This document shows positions 58,779-64,000 of a stretch of 64,000 bases of DNA, piece by piece. This DNA is from a virus. Within the stretch, counting starts at the first letter, position 1. Every line of letters starts with the position of its first letter. Under the pieces are notes generated by a model. It was not told where the DNA came from, ran no database searches, and saw only the letters and a list, made by a program, of their open reading frames with translations. The stretch is from positions 63,759 through 127,758 of the IMG/VR virus record IMGVR_UViG_3300031857_000034. One strand, 5' to 3'. A program made the position numbers and the translations under genes.

Positions 58779-59545
58779 TTGAGATCATCAACCAGGGGAA
58801 TTTCCAAGAGATTGGTAAATTTCTGCATACAGGCCAACTTGGTAGGACTGTGACGGCTGCTGTGCCAATGAACAATTTTGGCATCCTCCATGGCACAGGT
58901 ATTCCACTGATCCTGTTCTTGCTGAGTACGCCAAGTGGGCAACCACTGTGCTTGATAGAATAAATCAGGACGGTGAGCATCTGCCCATTCCAAACCTTGG
59001 TTCCAAAACATGGTGTTGTGTATGATCTGCTGATTATTGTAGCTGCTCATTCCATCGCTGTCATCCCACTGACCACGCATTTTTCTCTCGATCTTCCACA
59101 GTTCGGGATCCATGGTGCTGGGATAATACTGCAGATCGTTGTTGAACAGGTTCTCAAATGACTTGTTGTACTGATTTGGTTCTGACCAAGACTTGGGGTC
59201 AGTCCAATTGAACAAACGAAATTCTTTGAACTTTCCAAAGATCTCTACATCGTCAATGGCTTGTACATCTGGGCCTACCCACAAGATGTTACAAGGTTCT
59301 TTATGCCATAGTTCATAGATACGATCATTGTTCAACGGCATGGCTTCATTGATGTTGTCAATCTCTTCGTCAAACAGGATATACTCCCATTTGCCTTTTA
59401 AAAAGTGTCTGAGACTGGACAGACTGTGACGGCACATTTCGCGGTAGGTCTGATAGATGTCGCCTTCGGCAGCAGTGTCTTTCCATACCCACTTGGTGCT
59501 ATTGATACGACGGTGAGCGCAAACAACATAATTTTTGGTAGCCAT
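58775..59545 (-). CDS. Putative nucleotide-sugar/glycosyltransferase-like protein
   Basis: First gene of the sugar operon. NILWVGPDVQ resembles a GT-A DxD region and KIVHWHSS a GT8-like C-terminal motif, both divergent. Confidence 0.5.
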   Translation of the reverse strand: MATKNYVVCAHRRINSTKWVWKDTAAEGDIYQTYREMCRHSLSSLRHFLKGKWEYILFDEEIDNINEAMPLNNDRIYELWHKEPCNILWVGPDVQAIDDVEIFGKFKEFRLFNWTDPKSWSEPNQYNKSFENLFNNDLQYYPSTMDPELWKIERKMRGQWDDSDGMSSYNNQQIIHNTMFWNQGLEWADAHRPDLFYQAQWLPTWRTQQEQDQWNTCAMEDAKIVHWHSSRHSPTKLACMQKFTNLLEIPLVDDLK

Positions 59546-59569
59546 AAAATTTCCTGATAGTAGTAGTGA

Positions 59570-59575
59570 TACTTA
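59570..59575 (-). promoter_or_regulatory. Late-type TAAGTA box upstream of the sugar operon
   Basis: Same TAA(A/G)TA box found before the structural genes. Confidence 0.45.
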
Positions 59576-59612
59576 TTTTAGGCCCTGAAGGACCTAAAAT
59601 AATCTGGAGCTA

Positions 59613-60497
59613 TTATTTTACCAGGACAATGTTGGGAAAACCAGCTGTTTTCTCTGATTTTCGAGAAGATTTTGCTGTTTTCTTGGCAGTTTTCTTGGCT
59701 GCTTTTTTCGCGGGTTTTTTGTATACGATTTCTTCCGCAGGCATCATGCACACAGGTATAGGCTGCATCTTGTGCTGTGTCTTGGATCGGATCTCTCGAT
59801 ACTGTTTCAACACTTCACGCTCGCGCTTGCCTTCAGGTTTGGTGCCTGTGGTGTCCTGCATCATGGCACGTTCCAGTTCAGGATAGGAAATGCCCTTGAG
59901 TTGATCCTGATCTGTGCGGCCATCGTCCCAGAGTCCGTCAGTGGGTGCGGCATTAATAATGTCTTCGTCCACTCCTAACGCACGGCCCATGTCCCATACT
60001 TCGGTTTTCATGCAATCGCCAATGGGCGAAATGTCTACACCGCCGTCGCCGTACTTGGTATAGAAGCCTACGCCAAAGTCCTCCACCCGGTTGCCGGTTC
60101 CTACTACGATACCTGCGTGGCTTTGCGCTATCTGATACAAACAGGCCATGCGCAGTCGGCTACGGCTGTTGGCCAAGGCCAATAGATTGGGCAGGACTTT
60201 GAAGTTATCTTTGAAAGCATCAAAGGTCTTGGTTAGATCCACAGTCACGTGTGTGACGTTTTTGTAACGGCCCTGCAGCCATTTGCCGTGATTGTCTGAC
60301 AGATAGTGTTGTTCAGGGCGCTGATGTATGGGCATGGATACCACTATGGTATCTACTCCGGTTTCGGCGCACAAGGTTGATACCACCGCTGAATCAATAC
60401 CACCGGAGATACCTACCACCAGTTTGTCAATCTTGTGTCGCTTGGTGTAATCCTTGATCCATTTTGTTATAAACTTGGCTCGTTTCTGTGGTGTCAT
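59613..60497 (-). CDS. nadE: NH3-dependent NAD+ synthetase with a Lys/Ala-rich C-terminal tail
   Basis: GISGGIDSAV, NSRSRLRM, GTGN, FYTKYGDG, APTDGLW. Confidence 0.94.
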   Translation of the reverse strand: MTPQKRAKFITKWIKDYTKRHKIDKLVVGISGGIDSAVVSTLCAETGVDTIVVSMPIHQRPEQHYLSDNHGKWLQGRYKNVTHVTVDLTKTFDAFKDNFKVLPNLLALANSRSRLRMACLYQIAQSHAGIVVGTGNRVEDFGVGFYTKYGDGGVDISPIGDCMKTEVWDMGRALGVDEDIINAAPTDGLWDDGRTDQDQLKGISYPELERAMMQDTTGTKPEGKREREVLKQYREIRSKTQHKMQPIPVCMMPAEEIVYKKPAKKAAKKTAKKTAKSSRKSEKTAGFPNIVLVK

Positions 60498-60498
60498 T

Positions 60499-60753
60499 TT
60501 ATTTTCCTCGGGGATTGCTTTGGCGCGGACGCTGGTACAACGTGCGCTCGCTTTTGACTACATACTCTCTACCAATCAAGCCCGCTTCAATCTCTCTGAT
60601 GGCCTGTACCAATGGTGTGTGCAGATCACGATTTTCTAGTCTGCTGGCATCGCCACGACTTAGTTCTCTGGCACGCTGGCTAGCAGCCAACACTAGATCG
60701 TATCTGCTGCCAATTTTTTCTACTGCTACTTCTGAGGTGCGACCTTCGGCCAT
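60499..60753 (-). CDS. rpoZ: RNA polymerase omega subunit homologue
   Basis: 84 aa. AVEKIGSRYDLVLAASQRAREL...AIREIEAGLI matches the omega family pattern. Confidence 0.82.
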   Translation of the reverse strand: MAEGRTSEVAVEKIGSRYDLVLAASQRARELSRGDASRLENRDLHTPLVQAIREIEAGLIGREYVVKSERTLYQRPRQSNPRGK

Positions 60754-60762
60754 GATGTATCC

Positions 60763-60894
60763 TTATTCTAAGCCCTTGGCTGTGGCGCCAAAGACACCTA
60801 ATAAACCAGCGGTAATGGCTGCTGGAACTGAGTGAAAAACCAATGCTACCACTGCAACTGCCACTGCTAAAGTTAATAAACCTCTGCCTAACAT
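60763..60894 (-). CDS. Small membrane protein (43 aa)
   Basis: ATG at 60894 with an AAAGGAAG RBS. Two hydrophobic stretches. Confidence 0.55.
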   Translation of the reverse strand: MLGRGLLTLAVAVAVVALVFHSVPAAITAGLLGVFGATAKGLE

Positions 60895-60911
60895 AGGACT
60901 TCCTTTCAAAT

Positions 60912-60988
<77 letters not shown>

Positions 60989-60997
60989 GTATTCTAT

Positions 60998-61026
60998 ATT
61001 TTATGCTAAATTTACTCTATGGTCAA
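60998..61026 (-). promoter_or_regulatory. sigma70-type promoter TTGACC-17-TAAAAT for the tRNA
   Basis: -35 at 61021-61026 and -10 at 60998-61003, 10 nt above the tRNA 5' end. Confidence 0.7.
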
Positions 61027-61546
61027 CTAATTTGAGTCGTTGATATGCTCGTTGCACAGTCAAGGCCTGTCTGGCCGCATCATCTACTGCGCGGTGACTG
61101 GTGCTGAGTCCATCATCGGCGGTGCGTACATTGGCCACTTCAAACAGTGTGCGAGTATCTCTCACTGCCCAAAAGTTCCAAGGAATGTTGATACTCAGTT
61201 GCCGCATGGCGTTTTCAACGATTATGATATCAAAACAACTTCCGTGCGCCCATACCGCACGCTCGTTCCAACAGAACTTTTGCAGGCCCAGTATGGCATC
61301 GTAAAAGGCAATACGGCCCTGTTCAGTAAAGGCTTCTTCCTTGGCAGCCGCATTCTGTCGGCTCCACCATTCTATGGTGCTGTCATTCACAGAGCGCCCT
61401 ATCGCGCACTGGTCATCTACACTGGGTCTGACATCATATTCGGCAGTGTGTCCTGTGCCGTGTGGGTCAAATTTCACAGCGCCAATGGTCAAGATCACAC
61501 AGCCGGGCGTGACATCCAAGGTTTCTAAATCGATCATGACATCCAT
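61001..61546 (-). CDS. 3'-5' exonuclease, DEDDh (Rv2179c/DUF5051-like)
   Basis: MIDLETL, WAHGSCFD, RDTRT, HRAVDDA. Confidence 0.85.
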   Translation of the reverse strand: MDVMIDLETLDVTPGCVILTIGAVKFDPHGTGHTAEYDVRPSVDDQCAIGRSVNDSTIEWWSRQNAAAKEEAFTEQGRIAFYDAILGLQKFCWNERAVWAHGSCFDIIIVENAMRQLSINIPWNFWAVRDTRTLFEVANVRTADDGLSTSHRAVDDAARQALTVQRAYQRLKLVDHRVNLA

Positions 61547-61547
61547 A

Positions 61548-62018
61548 TCAGTCCCAAGTCCTGTGTCGCTCGGCTACCCATTCTTTGCCATCGTATTCTT
61601 CGATCTGCCATTCTACCGAGGCTGGGATCTCGACTATTTTTAATTTGGCCACAGGTGCGTTGGCTCGGGTACCCAACTCTCTCACAACCTGTATCAGCAC
61701 AGGATCATCTCTGACCAGATCTCGATCTGACCAAACCTGATTGTTGTAACGATCGTTATAGTTGAGTTTTTCTTGATCAGTCATGGTCTGCCATTCTTTG
61801 GGTCCCGGCAATTCCACACGCTGGTCCAAGGGCACCAACCAAACCGTTTTTACTAAACTGCACATACGATTTGTTTCGATCCAGACGGGCCGATTCATGA
61901 TGTCGTGATAGCGTTCGATGGCCATGGCACTGAGACCAAACCCTCCGTGGCAGTCGTTGATAACTATGTGCTGGACTCCACGCAGATGTTTCAACAGGGT
62001 ATCATGTTCGGCCGTCAT
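61548..62018 (-). CDS. Hypothetical phage protein
   Basis: VINDCHGGFGLS...RDDPVLIQVV...EYDGKEWVAE. Confidence 0.7.
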   Translation of the reverse strand: MTAEHDTLLKHLRGVQHIVINDCHGGFGLSAMAIERYHDIMNRPVWIETNRMCSLVKTVWLVPLDQRVELPGPKEWQTMTDQEKLNYNDRYNNQVWSDRDLVRDDPVLIQVVRELGTRANAPVAKLKIVEIPASVEWQIEEYDGKEWVAERHRTWD

Positions 62019-62281
62019 TTGAATTTCAGTGTAAACAATAGATATTTCTTTTCATCTATGATTTCAAATGGCAATTGATAACCCAGGTGATTGCGAGTCA
62101 ATCTCACACCATACGTGTCTAACAACCAACTTCTAAACTTGTCTTGTTCGATTTTGCTGGGCGGCCGGTTTTCTAGATTCCATTGTTCCCACGCACTTTT
62201 CAGCATTCTGGCTTGGCTGTCATCGGCCATGACTGTGTTGAGCCTGGCATCTCGATTGGCGTAATATTCATCCTTGCTCAT
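62015..62281 (-). CDS. Hypothetical protein
   Basis: Likely ATG at 62281. Ends in IIDEKKYLLFTLKFK. Confidence 0.6.
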   Translation of the reverse strand: MSKDEYYANRDARLNTVMADDSQARMLKSAWEQWNLENRPPSKIEQDKFRSWLLDTYGVRLTRNHLGYQLPFEIIDEKKYLLFTLKFK

Positions 62282-62672
62282 ATTGCTGTAGATATCGCAG
62301 TAGTTCTTTGTCAGTGGGCTGAACGAGGAGATTGTTTTTAAAGAAAATCTCGTAGGAGTCTGATCCGTATTTGCCGATGCCATATAACATTGTAGCATCT
62401 TCTCCGTTCCAAGTCAAGAAGTCCTGGGTCATTCCGCGCAGTCTGCGATACCTTACCGTGACCATTCCCAGGGATCTTATCACACGTTTCACTGTCATAT
62501 GGTGTGCGGTCAAGAACTGTTCTGGAGTGGGCCAACGATGTAAAAATTCTGGCAATACCGTTTTAACAGGTTTTCTGCCAGTTTGGTTCAGCATGATCAC
62601 TCCCACAAAGTGCTGCCAAGCACCTGAGATCTGTTGCTGTACCATTAGATCGTCACGCAAAGGTTTAGTCAT
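62268..62672 (-). CDS. HhH-GPD DNA glycosylase, MBD4-like
   Basis: IMLNQT, RWPTPE, LYGIGKYGSDSYEIF and PTDKEL closely follow the MBD4 catalytic-domain pattern. Confidence 0.8.
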   Translation of the reverse strand: MTKPLRDDLMVQQQISGAWQHFVGVIMLNQTGRKPVKTVLPEFLHRWPTPEQFLTAHHMTVKRVIRSLGMVTVRYRRLRGMTQDFLTWNGEDATMLYGIGKYGSDSYEIFFKNNLLVQPTDKELLRYLQQYEQG

Positions 62673-62909
62673 TCAAGCCCACCTAATAATAAACAATGAT
62701 AGCACAGCCTCTCTGGGAAAGTCAATGATCATGCCAGATCTCACAGCGCCGTTTTCCTGGCACCATTGATCCAACTCTTGCTCTTGGTCCGCAAAATAAA
62801 CAAGATCAGTTAGCATTACACTTTTGGTGTAACCTAGATTGCGTATACCAAAATCATCTTCGAAAATACGAAAACGTGGATATGAGATCACTTGAATTCC
62901 TGCGGCCAA
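62673..62909 (-). CDS. Hypothetical protein (78 aa)
   Basis: Co-oriented. Ends in LSLFIIRWA. Confidence 0.6.
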   Translation of the reverse strand: MAAGIQVISYPRFRIFEDDFGIRNLGYTKSVMLTDLVYFADQEQELDQWCQENGAVRSGMIIDFPREAVLSLFIIRWA

Positions 62910-63589
62910 TCGCAGGCTTTGCTGATTTTGTTCATGCCTGTAGCCAATCCTTTGACCAAAGGACTGTTCCAGGCCAAGGTTCTTATACGTGGCCGTATTT
63001 GTTGATACATTTCCACATCGGCAGGTGATCCATCTCTGTAGTCAGCGGCATACAACACCACGGCTCGGTCGGCTAGGAATCCCAGGTCCCATAATCTTTT
63101 CAGTATGTTTTGTCTGCCCGTGATCTTTCGGCCGGTGGCAACATCGTAGAAGCCTGTGGTTCCGGGCATGGCATGACCATATGATTTGCGATATCCACGA
63201 CAACTCACAGCCGTGGCGCCGTTGCTGTTGAAACTGCGAATATCTGCATATCCCATGTATCGATTGTCGGTTTGTTCCCAGGTGTCGGTCAGTTTCGTTT
63301 GGTAGTCTTTGAAAATATCAGCGGTGCCGTCAACAAAGCCTGGAATCACGATCTGTGGACCACGCTGACCTTGTATGAGATACCGTGCTCCAAGCGATCT
63401 AGCACGTTCCAACAGCAGAGATTGATTGTGCTGATCCTCTTCCCTGGCATACTTCTCCACAGTAAATCGTATCAACACATCGCCATCGCGGGAATGGCCT
63501 TCCGTGTTGTAATATCGGCTTTCGTAACGATTCTGTCGGATACGCTCGTCGGCCTGCTGATATTTTACGATATGCTGAAATTTAAACAT
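62888..63589 (-). CDS. Hypothetical protein (233 aa)
   Basis: Long co-oriented ORF with an AAGGA RBS. Confidence 0.65.
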   Translation of the reverse strand: MFKFQHIVKYQQADERIRQNRYESRYYNTEGHSRDGDVLIRFTVEKYAREEDQHNQSLLLERARSLGARYLIQGQRGPQIVIPGFVDGTADIFKDYQTKLTDTWEQTDNRYMGYADIRSFNSNGATAVSCRGYRKSYGHAMPGTTGFYDVATGRKITGRQNILKRLWDLGFLADRAVVLYAADYRDGSPADVEMYQQIRPRIRTLAWNSPLVKGLATGMNKISKACDWPQEFK

Positions 63590-63779
63590 CTTGTTTCCTT
63601 TGTCGTCGTTGCCATTCTTGCGCTACTTCCTCGAGGTATGCGCGGGCGATGTTATGAGTCTGACTCTTAAATCCTGACTCAAAGTCTCGCAGGCGATGAT
63701 CCGTCCAGGCAGCCATATCCTTGCGAAGATCTTTGGTGTGCAACTGCCACACGATGTTTTGAGTCAAGGGATTGAACAA
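63582..63779 (-). CDS. Hypothetical protein (65 aa)
   Basis: Co-oriented and overlapping the next gene. Confidence 0.5.
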   Translation of the reverse strand: MFNPLTQNIVWQLHTKDLRKDMAAWTDHRLRDFESGFKSQTHNIARAYLEEVAQEWQRRQRKQDV

Positions 63780-63782
63780 GAT

Positions 63783-63944
63783 TCAGTCCGGAGCATAGAA
63801 CTCGCGATCCGCTTGTTCCAACTGCTCGATATAGGCCATCACAGCCGGCACCGACAAGTTGAACTGTTCGGCAATCTGCTCCACGGTGGCACCTTGGAAC
63901 AATGCCTCTTCGATGTCAATGGCCAAGTTTGAAAAATATCCCAT
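63783..63944 (-). CDS. Small acidic hypothetical protein (MGYFSNLAIDIEE..., 53 aa)
   Basis: Read directly from the sequence. AAAGGAG RBS. Confidence 0.6.
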   Translation of the reverse strand: MGYFSNLAIDIEEALFQGATVEQIAEQFNLSVPAVMAYIEQLEQADREFYAPD

Positions 63945-64000
63945 TTGCTAACTCCTTTGTTTTTAATCTAATCAACCCCAGTCCTTGAAATCACCCGACT

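Overview
This window is part of a large tailed-phage genome (myovirus-like, jumbo-scale architecture, standard genetic code) with two convergent halves. The + strand (1-46.6 kb) starts with contractile-tail and baseplate genes: a tube-initiator-like protein, gp53-like, hub-like, gp5/VgrG-like spike, gp25-like, gp6-like, a 6033-aa wedge/fibre protein, and a tail fibre with a Peptidase_G2-type C-terminus. Directly after them is a ~12.5 kb modification cluster with five radical SAM enzymes, three cupin/2OG-Fe(II) oxygenases, an SGNH-like protein and several unknowns. That cluster surrounds two ~250-aa paralogous proteins that both end in the identical peptide CHAQCHSSCHNSRGRR, encoded with 9 of 16 codons synonymously different. 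This candidate RiPP-like system for modifying virion proteins is the main finding. The - strand (46.6-64 kb) carries thyX, a MoxR AAA ATPase with a VWA-metallopeptidase, a branched/deoxy-sugar cluster (RfbH/E1, aminotransferase, RmlB-like, epimerase, split ThDP enzyme, GT-like), nadE, an RNA polymerase omega homologue, tRNA-Ile(CAU), a DEDDh exonuclease, an MBD4-like glycosylase and many small ORFs. Two promoter classes are visible: TAA(A/G)TA late-type boxes and sigma70 TTGACY-17-TAWWMT promoters. All product calls come from motif recognition by eye; no database search was run.
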